NCBI GenBank assembly: GCA_976226885.1
Contig: OZ320317.1
Location: 78,864,001 to 78,928,000, forward strand
DNA: 64,000 nucleotides
Source of the DNA: Iphione sp. A-MEVVRFRX5
Lineage: Eukaryota
Direction: 5' to 3'
Shown here: positions 13,641 to 25,019 of the stretch, piece after piece
How positions within the stretch are numbered: the first letter of the stretch is position 1
How the letters are laid out: each line of letters opens with the position of its first letter
Program-made: the position numbers and the translations under genes
The notes under the pieces: model-generated
The model's input: only the letters and a program-made list of their open reading frames with translations
What the model was told of the DNA's origin: nothing
Database searches by the model: none

Positions 13641-14423
13641 GTAAGTTCAATATGCGCTCAGTGCAACAAAGTAGAGCACGTGCATATCCAGGAACATGGA
13701 GGTCATAGTCAGTAGTTCTAATATGGTTGAGAGTGAAACTCCTACACTTTCAATGTCCCAAAAGCATCTTTAAACCTGTGATAAATCCCATGGAAAAAAA
13801 TCTGTCCCAACCTACATAAATTCATTCTGATTGGATAGGCATGACACATATTCTAAGCAATACAAAATGTCAGAGGGGCATCGGCTCAACTTTATACTGT
13901 TGAACTATGGAAAAAATAGATCATTTAAAGCAACAATAAGACAAAACTGATCGAAATATGACCCTAACAGACCTTTCTGATATGTTAAAGAGATATTTAG
14001 CCTGATATTTCGATTTATTCTAAGTGCTTCAGTGGAGAGTGTCATGCTCGGCCAAGACCGGCAATCGAAAATTGCGGCACCAATGCACATGCTCACGACC
14101 TAGAAAAGCTAGATAAGGTGGTTTTGTATGTAAACATGCCTTGTCGGCATCAAAACCTTTCAAAAACTTGGGAATTATGGAGAAAATAAGGTCTGCAGAA
14201 GGTTAGTTTCTACCAAAACCATATATGAACAGCGAATAAAGGATATATGTGGCATCAAAGGCAAAAAAATCCTTTTTTTTTCTTTGATTTGAACACGCTC
14301 CCAACCCTCACCAGCTTGGAAATGGCGGCTATCTTCACATATGTGCTCGACCATTTTACAAATTCTAGGTACCTGTAAGGCTTGATGATGAGGTATAGGG
14401 TAAAAAACAATATTAGAACCGCG

Positions 14424-14550
14424 ATTAGGGACTATATGTCAGGAAAGGTCAAGAGTTTAAGTGGCTTGGGCCTCGAGCTGGGACTTCGTCCCAGCCCTCG
14501 GCCCTCGCCACTTAAACTCTCTGACCTTTCCCTCCATGCCATCCCTAATT
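14424..14550. mobile_element. Palindromic hairpin MITE
   Basis: GGAAAGGTCAAGAGTTTAAGTGGC (14442-14465) is inverted against GCCACTTAAACTCTCTGACCTTTCC (14507-14531). There is an inner GCTGGGAC/GTCCCAGC stem and an outer ATTAGGGA/TCCCTAAT pair. Confidence 0.7.
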
Positions 14551-14776
14551 GTGTAGGTCACATTTTAAAAAAATTTCTTGTTTTCAAATGCAAAAAGCTG
14601 CTAAAAACAACAGATGTGTATTGCAATAGCACTTGTAATGGTTAGACTAAACCTATGTTAAATGAAAGCTATGAACCTAAGGAACAATTTTATGTAAAGA
14701 ACATATCTCTATCATAATTCATTCTGAAGTTATTCAAAGACAAGAAACAAATAAAAAGTTACAATTAACTCTTATG

Positions 14777-14822
14777 TAGGGTCGGTCGGGTTACCGGAGA
14801 CAGATTTTTTCCTAGGCCTTAG
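14777..14822. mobile_element. Terminal segment of a non-autonomous DNA transposon (one end only)
   Basis: TAGGGTCGGTCGGGTTACCGGAGACAGATTTTTTTCCTAGGCCT resembles termini of recurrent invertebrate MITEs as recalled. No matching second end was found. Confidence 0.35.
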
Positions 14823-15699
14823 CATGAGACAGACAAGAGTTCGTTATGGGCGGGACTGCGCACACTCACGTATGCAGGGCTCCCTGTCAAAAAAGCCCTA
14901 CCAACTGTTACCTAATTATGTTGCATGGTTTTGTTGTATCTTATATTGATGCACCGGTATATCTAAAGTTTGTCTCTTCATCTATACACATCTGAGCGCT
15001 TATATTTGTCCCATTGCTTAGGGCACGTTGTGTGACCCAGCACCAGTCCTGTCTCAATACTGAAGCACCATAAAAGTGCTGGCTGCATCATGATTTTATT
15101 CGCCTCCAAATTTCTATAATTGCACAAACCCTTGTTTCTTCCTGACAGACTAATGCAAAAAGGCGAGCCGCGTCCGACGCTGAGAGCAACACATTTAGCT
15201 TCGTATGGATGTCTTGGCTGTGGAGCCTCAGATACTTCAAGCAGATGTAACTACAAAACTTATGCCGAGGCACTCTGTAAAACACTCTGAATTGCGCATG
15301 AGGAAACCGTACTAATTAGATTCAATTAAATTCCTCATAAAAATGCTTTCAACTTGTCCACCTTCGCCATTCTAGATGGCGGCAAGGTAATATTCGTGAC
15401 GGAAAGTGGTGCAATACGTTCCCTCTTACGGTCATGCGTGCTCTATATGCAGTAGGTCTCCGGTGCTATAATTCGATCCTGTTTAAGGTGTGGATATTGT
15501 GGTTGACCCTTGTTTATTCGGTAGCCTAAGACTTAAGTAATAGGATTGTGAATATATACAGGGTTTTAAATTGCTTGTATTGTTGGAGACTGGTATACAA
15601 TGTACATGTGTATGGAAACCACACCCTGTTGTCAGTCAATATCACCCAGTGGTGGTACTGGTCATTTGGACGCGCTGTCTAGCGGTGAGTTGGGGGAAC

Positions 15700-16200
15700 T
15701 TTACACTTACCAAACAGCTGCTGTCTCCCCCCAAATGGCAGACATGCCACAGCCGGCACCGCCCGCGGGCTTTGCATCCAAAGGGTGGCCATCCGCAGCG
15801 AGAAATAAAAATTCCCGGTAGATGGCGACCTTTATTTATCACCGCTTTATTACCAGCGACCGACCGGCACAGGCGGCGAAGACGTGACGGGCCAGGGCCC
15901 CTCGGAACGAGCTGCTCCGGACCTTTTCGAGCACCTCACGCAGAGCTAGGGGAGGGGGAGGAGGGGGGGGGGGTCGAGAAGGAGGGGAAAACATTGAGAT
16001 GAAATTGAATCAATATGTCCACACCCGAAAACAGGGCAGGCGCTCTCAAGGTGATCCATGAGGGCAACAAACAGCAAACGACTGGTTGTCAAGGTAACCA
16101 CGGTCGACAAATAGTGAGGCAATTGATTGGGGGGCTCCTCCATCAGGACCGGCCGCTAGGTACGCTTGGCGACTAGGAGAGACCCATTTAAAAGCTGATG
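15700..16200. promoter_or_regulatory. GC-rich regulatory-like block with a CTCF-like motif and clustered TTTAT sites
   Basis: CCGGTAGATGGCGAC at 15815-15829. AATAAA/TTTATT/TTTATTA cluster at 15804-15852. G-run tract at about 15949-15973. Confidence 0.3.
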
Positions 16201-19200
16201 GATGGCAAATCTGACGATGACACTCATCATACGTTATGATACTGCTGGCTTTCCTCTCTTTGGACCCACTTTCCGACCTACGAGTAGATTAATGGACCAA
16301 TGTGTCAGCGAGGGATTCCTGCTTGGTCGTATATGCTTATGTTAACTGTAGGTTTCAGTTGGATGTAACTACTCGCAGTTGTAAGTAGAACCGTAGAAAA
16401 AATACTTAACTACTCGTCGTTAAGTATATATCCACGCATTACGGCGCTATATTGTAGCGAATGACAATGGTACACTTCTTCAGACAGTACTTATAGTGCA
16501 ATTCTAATAGAACCTTTCATACTTTTCCATTAGCAATTGATATAAATATCAATGGAGAGTAAAATGGATTATACTCAAATAAAAAAATACAATCCTCTAA
16601 CCTCCCCAGGGCAGAGATAAGGTTCTTCCATTAAGCTCTGCAAGTGTTCTGCGAGGTGTTTACCACAACCTTAAAACATGAAGGGGGGTAAATGCTGATA
16701 GGACCGCATGAAAAACACTATTTTCGTTAGAAGTCTAAAACGTCCTAGTAGGACTAGGACAGCAGGAGTAGATGGATGTAAATCGCAGCCTCCTTCAATG
16801 AGACTCTCCTGGTGCTACCCCCGCGGATACCTCCAGATATATCTTACTGTCTGCCATGAACAGCCCTGGCCCATTTATAGTAATCAAGAGGCTTACGTGT
16901 CTTTTATTTAGGCCGAAATCATTCATTAAGAACCAATTACTTCATCTATTCAGGGTCAGGTATGTGCCCTATGTAAGGTAGTACATTCGGCCTTAACCTG
17001 ACCAGCACACACGTGTATATACCATATACTGATTTAGCATGCTTCAGTACTGCTGCAACAGAGATTAGTACGCCGGTATTGATTGCGCCGGTCCAAGATA
17101 CAGAGAAAATATACAGTCATACTTCAAACCAACATTTCATGAAGCCAATATTTGCAGTAAGAACTGATAAAGTCATTTTGGGATTTATAAAGTCTTTACA
17201 CAGATAATTATAGTACAATTGTTCTTTACAAGTCTCATCTTTTCGGTTACTTAACAACTCGTATTTTCTAACCAACAACAATTCTTCATAACGTATTTAA
17301 GTCGTCCGTCCGATATATGCGTAAATTCATTAAAAACACGAAAAAAGATATCGTTTCTCCTCCACCGATGTATATTTCCATTTCCTTAATTTACCAATTC
17401 CATTGTTTCCTGTTACAGAGATTTAGCTGCTTGTAAATTACCCATGTGGTATAATACAATAATGGCCTTGTAATTCGTATACGCTGTTCTATATGCACCG
17501 GATAATGAGACAGTCGTTTCGACGTTCACGGGGGCGGGTGGAACGCTGAAACTCGTATTTGAAGTGTGCAGCTGTGCCAGACTCCGATCCTCTGGTTTAT
17601 AGGATGGCTCAGCGTCATGAGTTCCGCGCGAATCCGCGAAAAAAAACACCAGAACTGGTTACTTTTATCAGATTTCTTTCCCAAATGGACCATCCGACGC
17701 AAGAAAGCACGATACCAAGTTTCAGTATACATATAGCATGTGCCATTGTGAGATGATTGCTTGATAGTAGTTGGCTACAGCTTTTATTCTCGTTCGCACG
17801 TTTCCTGCCCAAACTCTGAAGCAAAACTGTACCAAAATGTATACGCGGTATATATTCAAAGTCATAACGTCCGTGGTATGGACTTCTGATACGACCTCCA
17901 GTTCATCTCCCAAGTGTAGCAGCATAACTTTATTTTTAAATCATGGACCAGCAACCAACATACAGCCATATTGTTTGCCGTGGCTGTGACAGATGGGTTT
18001 GTGCCTATACAGGAGTTGTACTTCTTATTATATAGGGTTCCCAAATACGGTAGCAGAAACCTTTTTCGACGAAACGAACGACATGCCATGCCTCCTTGTA
18101 CTCCGACTCCGACCAAAGTTTGAAAACCGATATAATAACGGCTAGAAACTTGGTACAAGGTATGGAAGCCAGGTCACGTCTATAGGTTCATTGGGCTTTG
18201 TACAGGAAGCGGGAATGTCAACTGCAACGGCCCTCTTGCATGACGTGGTAATCATGTCGGATGAGAGCGACTCACACCGAGTCCACCTCGTTAGCGAGTC
18301 ACTCCGTTGCCATTCTGACTGACTCGACCGTAATCGCCTTTACCCCTGCAGAGCTGCTTTCTATCATTATGGGAGAAGTTGAGAAGAGGAACACCCACAT
18401 AACAGCATAGCAGGTCATAAACTCCTTCTTCTCTTAATTATAGCAGAGAAATATGAATTGACGTCCTTAAATAGTCACTAGGGACATACCGTATTGAGAT
18501 CTTCAGATAGTGCATGGAACCAAGCTAAGATGCAAGATACATACTGTATAATGATATTCGGGAAAGGTCATGCTAACAAATAGCCTGTCGTTCTCATTAT
18601 ATGGGCCACACAATACGTGCCAAAACATCTAGTAAGAACGGGATTTTTCATCCGGTAGGTAAAATGCTAACGTGGTAGTTGTAATATCTTGGTACGATTG
18701 GGTGGAGAAAAAAACCAGATATTGCAGGTTCCACGATAAACAGGGAAACGACACAAAACTCCATCGTTCTGTGTTCCCCATCTTCATCTACGGAAGATAA
18801 AGAGTATACATCTCCATTGGTATACATTTAGACGACACGTTATGTCTGAACGAATGAATGCGTGTGACACGAATACAACATAGGACATAACACCCTCCTG
18901 TCAACTGTCGTGCGAGGACGGCTGTATTGATACGGTGAGGTTCCATACTCTATGGAGGATTGAGTCTTATGGAACATTAAGTCATTATAACAAGGCTGTC
19001 GATACGGTGACATCACGTGTACTTACACTCGAATGCCCCTTCCCATTAGTCAGGATAAGCCGATTATAGGCGTAGAGAAGAGACCATTCCAACAGTGTCA
19101 TAACGTTCTTCGATCTCGAGAGATTCTCCATTGGAAGTGATCTAACATTTAACACACCTTAAGAATCCACACAGGTCATTAACACCAGTCTCTGATATAA

Positions 19201-19441
19201 ACAGTTGGATATTTATTATCTTTATTCAGCCGGATTCATCTGAATGAAATCGAAATTCCTGTATCAGGCGAGTCTGAGCTTCATACCTATGCGAAGCAAC
19301 TGTGTATTTGCAGACTGATTTACAGCCTCCCTCTACGTCTACAATCCTCGTCGAAATTATTACTTAAACATTTTCGCTACAGTAAATAATCCGACATACT
19401 TCTATGTTCACATTAACACCTCGATTACTAACAATTGAGAA

Positions 19442-19473
19442 GTGAATAAACATGTTTTGAACTTTGAACTTTG
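19442..19473 (+). mobile_element. 3' tail of a non-LTR retroelement or SINE
   Basis: AATAAA (19445-19450) followed by TTTTGAACTTTGAACTTTGA, a short tandem-repeat tail. Confidence 0.4.
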
Positions 19474-19499
19474 ATGGATCAATATAAAAAAATCATTTT

Positions 19500-19880
19500 C
19501 CCAAATTTGACAGGTTTTGTTTCAAGCAGAGCCACTAGCCTCCATTTCCACGATAGACAATGGATGTGGCCTACCCAACCATGCACACTATCGACGTTAA
19601 TATCAAAGCATTTCAGAGAACATGAAACTTGTATTAGGGTAAGCCTGTGCTATTCCGTCCCACTCGCCATTCCAGTACCCTTGCTATACGAAACACGTTA
19701 ACTCGACACAGAACGACCATATAATATCGAAATCATCTGACTACTCAAACACTCTCTATTGCAGGCATGATGAGCAAGAACCGAGGGATGTTCATATAGC
19801 GAGGAGTTCCCCAATCCAGCCTACCCGATGTACAAATGTACTATAACGCATCGTTCCTTCCGAAAACACTCCACTCACAT
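19500..19880 (+). mobile_element. Decayed CR1/L2-type LINE ORF2 C-terminal remnant
   Basis: Fragments RTRG..S.E.F and YYNASFLPKTL resemble the RTR..H...Y..SF.P.TI C-terminal motif. Frameshifted. Confidence 0.35.
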
Positions 19881-20224
19881 AATCACACTGAAAAGTAATT
19901 TTGTTTCCAGTATTCAGACCATGCTATGTTAGATAGCATTGTATCAGCCGGTACGTACTTTCGGGGCATATACACCCGCTGACAGCAGCGTCGGGTAACA
20001 GTACAATAAGGTAGCGCATTACTGTGCTGAATCCAGCGGCTTCGCAGTACCAGTCAACTCAACTGTGCAGACATTTGATAATTTATTTAAAGCATGATGC
20101 GCATTTGAAATAAACGAGAAAGGTTCGGCAATTTACACAACACGAACAGTAACGATAGGCTCACTGTGTTTTATGTTTATCTTCATCATTTGTTGCTTTG
20201 TGACCAAATGTTGCATGATTGCTC

Positions 20225-20300
20225 TTTGTTTGTTTGTCTGTCTGTCTCTCTCTCTTTCTCTCTCTCTCTAACTCTCTCTCTCTCTCTCTCTCTGCTCTCT
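20225..20300. repeat. Compound (GTTT)(GTCT)(CT)n microsatellite
   Basis: Directly visible. Confidence 0.9.
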
Positions 20301-21049
20301 AGATGCAAGCCATAGCGTGAGTGCTCTCTATACACCCGACTGATATTTCTTCGAGCTTTTTATCCTGTTTCTTTTGTTTTGCATGTATTTCTTTTTGTAT
20401 GGTTCTTTTATCAATGGTAGTTCATACATAACAGTTCAAGAATATCATTAGTGACTATGACTTTCTATCCGACATACCGTGGGATAACAATAATGAATAG
20501 GCTTAGGTAATCAATTCTTTTTTCACGTTTGTGTCTTTGGTGTTAAGGGTCATATTTGGGCAGCTTTCTAATGTCGTGAAAATTGAGACTCATTCTCTTT
20601 CCGTTGGCCTCGTCATTTAGAAGTGTAGGTGGTTAGAATAAATCCCTGTTCTGCTGTTATATCGCTGCTTGCGTTGTTTTATACACCCTGGCCATGTTTG
20701 ATGTGTTTCCTTCTATCTGCTTCTCTCCTAGTCTCCATTCAAATCTGGAACTACTTGGATATTAGGTAGCCATATTCAATGTTTGCTTAAAAGCAAAATA
20801 TACTGCAACTGTAGATATATATATGTATATATATGGCTTTTGCCGATAGAAATACAAACTTCCAGTGCTTGGTTATGCTACATGGTTAATTGGTCTGCTT
20901 TTTTCGGATATACACTGTGCCTCTCCTTCTGGGGAATTTTCCACATGCTATTAGAGTATCTCTGAATAGGTTCTACCAAATTAGTGCCTTTCCATTCATT
21001 TTAAAAAACTGTAAATTAGGGTCTTAAGATTGTAGGTATCCAGTGCATG

Positions 21050-21260
21050 GTGCAATCGTTAAGATTACTTCAAATCCTTTCCAGTGCAAGCACTCCTGGT
21101 AAGTAGCTGTTGAAATATGAGTGATCCTGGCTTGTGCTGGGCTGTAGTTCAGTTTTATTCAGTTCCTGTGAATCTCTTCTGATAGAGTAAATTGCCAAAT
21201 CAATTCAGGTCTGTCCAGGCCAGACCCTTCCATCATGTAGCATGTCCTCATTCAAGTCAA
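21050..21260 (-). mobile_element. Decayed LINE ORF2 3' remnant
   Basis: The minus-strand fragment DHSYFNSYLPGVLAL resembles the Y.NS.FP..I.LWN motif. Confidence 0.3.
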
Positions 21261-21803
21261 TTACTTTTTTCAAGGAAGTAAGAGTTACCAAGAACAGATC
21301 TGGTTCGTTCAAAGTGTACAAAGTACAGGTGTGGCTTTATAAATCTTCTCCCCTCTTATAATCATCCTGTGCCTCAATGACTTTCCCAAAAAATCATGAC
21401 ATTTTACTATACATGTGTATACTAGATGGTAGAGAAACTCAAACCACATCAATGGATTGAGTTTTGTCAGAGCACTACTCCATGGATGGGCCAGTCGCTC
21501 AGTCTCCGCAATGTTTTTAAATGCATTGCCGTGGTGGTGCTTGGCATTTTTATTTTAAAGATTTGACTTATTAAACTATGTTGGTATCGCACCCAGAGAC
21601 ATAGGTGCACAGCTGCTTGATTGAATAGTATCAGGGGCGCCTATAGATGGCATCATTTACCACTTTTGGAGCCAGTCAGCTGGAGTTGATCAACCGTACC
21701 TTCGGTTAGATGAAACAGACTCTTACGATACAGTAAATGAAATGGTTTTCAATTATATGAACTCGTCTACATCTACTTGATCACTGCTTTGATTTTTTTC
21801 AAG

Positions 21804-22060
21804 TGGAGTCCCCAAGTGCGGAGACTGATCCGCCAGGAATGCGGCCTGCGCCTTGTTATGGTCGTACTCATCATCGAAAATTAGAAAAAATACTCCTTTC
21901 CAGCCAAACTTGCCCGTAAACTAGGTTTGTCTGCAGAACAGGTTTGTCTAATGAGTGACGTGTTCGTTTGCTGTCAACACCTATACCGTCCCAACGAGGA
22001 CGATCTTTTGTAAATGCTTAAATATGACATGAGACCATCCTCTTTTAGAACCGTAAAGCC
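21804..22060 (+). pseudogene. Degenerate homeobox-like remnant (helix 1 / 26-nt deletion / helix 2-turn / intron / helix 3 relic)
   Basis: MRPAPCYGRTHHRKLEKIL (21839-21895) aligns to homeodomain residues 2-20. AKLARKLGLSAEQ (21903-21941) aligns to residues 32-44 and is followed by GT. ILF*NRKA (22037-22060) resembles IWFQNRRA. An acceptor tttttttcaag lies upstream at 21793-21803. The invariant Trp48 is missing. Confidence 0.4.
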
Positions 22061-22309
22061 TGCGGTGGCCGGGTCTAGCTTGCGATGCCTCAAGCTGTGG
22101 AGGATACAGCACGTAATTCCATTAGATTTGGCACACTGAAACCTATTTTCATGTCAATATTAACTAATATCAGGATAGTGATATGGAGATTGCACTATTT
22201 ACATTTGGAAAAGCAGAAGTCCGACACAAGAGTCCAGTGGAACCTCTCACCTCTACCATTGTGTCCACAGGGAAGTGGCGGAAGCAGTGGCCAAAATGTA
22301 GCAAATTTA

Positions 22310-22490
22310 ACGTCAAAACGTTCTAAACACAGACAAGTTGATGAAAGAACGTCCTCAAAGCATTGAATCTGATGCAAAGAGGTCCTAAAAGCAGCCACAT
22401 TGTCCCAGTAGCAGCGAATTCGATGAAGAAATCATTCTAAAAGCAATGAATGTGATGACAAAACGTCCCCAAAGCAGCAAATTTGACTTT
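22310..22490 (+). repeat. Degenerate 31-bp minisatellite (about 5 copies)
   Basis: Units such as AACGTCCTCAAAGCATTGAATCTGATGCAAA match the 59334-59540 unit at about 22/31 positions by manual alignment. Confidence 0.5.
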
Positions 22491-25019
22491 TTAAAAAGGT
22501 GTATGGAAGTGTGCAAAAATGTGCATCTTGAGGTATGTCTAAGGAAGAGCCCAAGATTGTCCTCCTAACTTCTTCCCCGAGTTCTTCACATCGTCTTGAC
22601 GTGTTGGTAGATCTTTTGAGGAAACCATCACCGTCATGCCAATCAGGTGTGTCCACAGTGGCTTATGAAAACTACTGTTTGGGACTGTAAAATGGGTGTC
22701 CATAGATGGTCTGTCTGCTGTATGTGAGTGTCCGTAGTAAATGCAAATCATCAAATAAGAAATAGAGGGTTTCTCTACCATTCTGTAGTATTTGTATATG
22801 TTGTCAGGTTGTCTGTTGTAGCTTGTTGTCATTTAACAGGGTCCCCACTGTACCGGTATATGAATGGTTGCAGTGTTCTGTTGCATTATTGTCAGCGAGA
22901 ACCAATATAGCGTCTTGTACCAGCCAAAACACTTATTAATCAGAGAACAATTTGCTTTGTAACCGGCAAATACAGTGTACTTGAATACAATTCTTGAAAG
23001 AGAACTTAATTTTAATACTAAGTTGAGTGTCAGAAATTTATGAAAGAATCCGGTAAGACAATAAATTAACAAAAGTTTTACTTTTTACCATTTGCTTAAC
23101 ATTCAATTCTGTAGGGGGTTTATTTCTTTCGGACATTTACACCTAATGCTCTCGAGGCTGAGGTTTGCTCGACACTCAACTTTCAGAACGGGAGTCTTTT
23201 GTTATGGTTAGTACATCTTTGTCAGGAAATGTTTTTTCAGCACCTCTAGACCACCAGGGAATCGATAAAAGGGTCTAGGTATCAGTAAGCAAGAATTACC
23301 GGTAAATACAATATCAACAGGTAGAAAACTCTATGCTCATACGAAAATTTGTTACCCTGTTAAGGTTTAAACGAGTCCACCGGTTCCCACTTTTAACGTC
23401 ATGCGTCATCAATCTGTAAGCTTGTACGCGAGGGAGGGTTGAATTCCTTCTTATGAATGATTATACATATTTTAGTTCCCCAACTTTCAAGTTCTATAAT
23501 ATGACAGTCGATTTCCTTTGATTAAGTTTGATGATAGTGCCTGCCCGGCATACTAACGCCGTCCGAATGGTACACGTCCCTGCGTTTACTGCGCCACCAA
23601 CCGGCCACTGTGGCGAAATGATGGCTCGTGAAATCGTAATCACGCTTGATTGCAGTGGTTATGGCGACAGACGCAACGATGACGTTGTAGTCGTGCGGTA
23701 TGACGTGTTATACCACACGGTTCTGACGTCACTAGAATTGGCCGTTTAGTATGGTGCAGTACGGTATGGACCCCGAGTGAGATCTGGAGCCGACCGGGTC
23801 TATCTTCCATCTCCACTCAGCACTAAGTGGCATCCCTCATACAAAAGTGTCCTCATCTCACATAATCTATCTTATGCTTCATGCCTGTGGAAGGGAGCAT
23901 GTGGTGTTGTGGAGTCCTCATTTCATTCCTGGCTCTCAAAGGGACGATATATGTGTATACGTCGCCTTCCTTCCCGACGGATGAAGAAGTAAGTCGATTG
24001 ATCTAGATGAGCAGCATGCAGTGATAATGAGTCTTGCCAAATCCATTTACAGCTTTTGTCCATTGAACAGTTGTCCCATCACCCCAAATATCATCTATCA
24101 TATCATTCTCTATAGCACGGCCAAAGAAAATGCGTGATGTATCGTAAGGTACCCATAAGACATTCGTGAAAAACGCAGAACATCAAAGAAAAGAGATGTC
24201 ACGATCGTAATGCTACAGAACATCACAATCTGGATTACCTTTATATGGCATATATCGGTAATATTCCCGAGAAGCCGGTGATCGGAGCAAAGAGTTCAGT
24301 ACAAATGTAATGGCAGAGAGCATCTGTTGTAAAGCCATCCGTGAATTGCCTGCTGGCTGAGGTGGTGGTGCATGTTAATGTGACAACGACGGGGCGTAAC
24401 GTTTGACTACACTATTTCGCAGAATCAGTCCTGAAGGATAGGAGACGCTAGGCAAGATCTGAAGTATCACTCATTTACATTTCAGGAGGATGCGTACTAT
24501 ATATTTAACATAGCTGTACTCTACAAACACGATGTAGTGGAATATCATTTATACATAAAATGCACCACATGGCAAGTCAATGTCTACAAAATGTCAACAT
24601 CTTTTCAATTCGGATATCTAAAACAGCCGAAACCCAAGTACCAAATTTATAAAACCATGAACAATGACAATTCATCGACCATTCTGATGTCCTGGACTTA
24701 AGCCCAAGGATTTTTTGGGGGGGCACGCCAAGAAAATTACCCAGGAGCCTTCAAAGGACTGTGGTAATAACTATTAGGAAATGGAACTAAACGCCGGGAC
24801 TAACTTCCTTATGGAGGGGCACGCCCTCTTCAAAATTTTATTGGATTTTGAACGGAAGTGTCTCTTACCTTAACGGTATCCTGCAAAAAAAATAATTTCT
24901 CCCGACGCCTGTGCGCTTTCCTGTGCATTGAATTATCCTCCTTGGTGAGCTTGAAGCACGGCCACTGAGACATTGGACAGGGTTCAGCCCTTTGTTGAAT
25001 TAACTCGAAGGTTTAGGCC

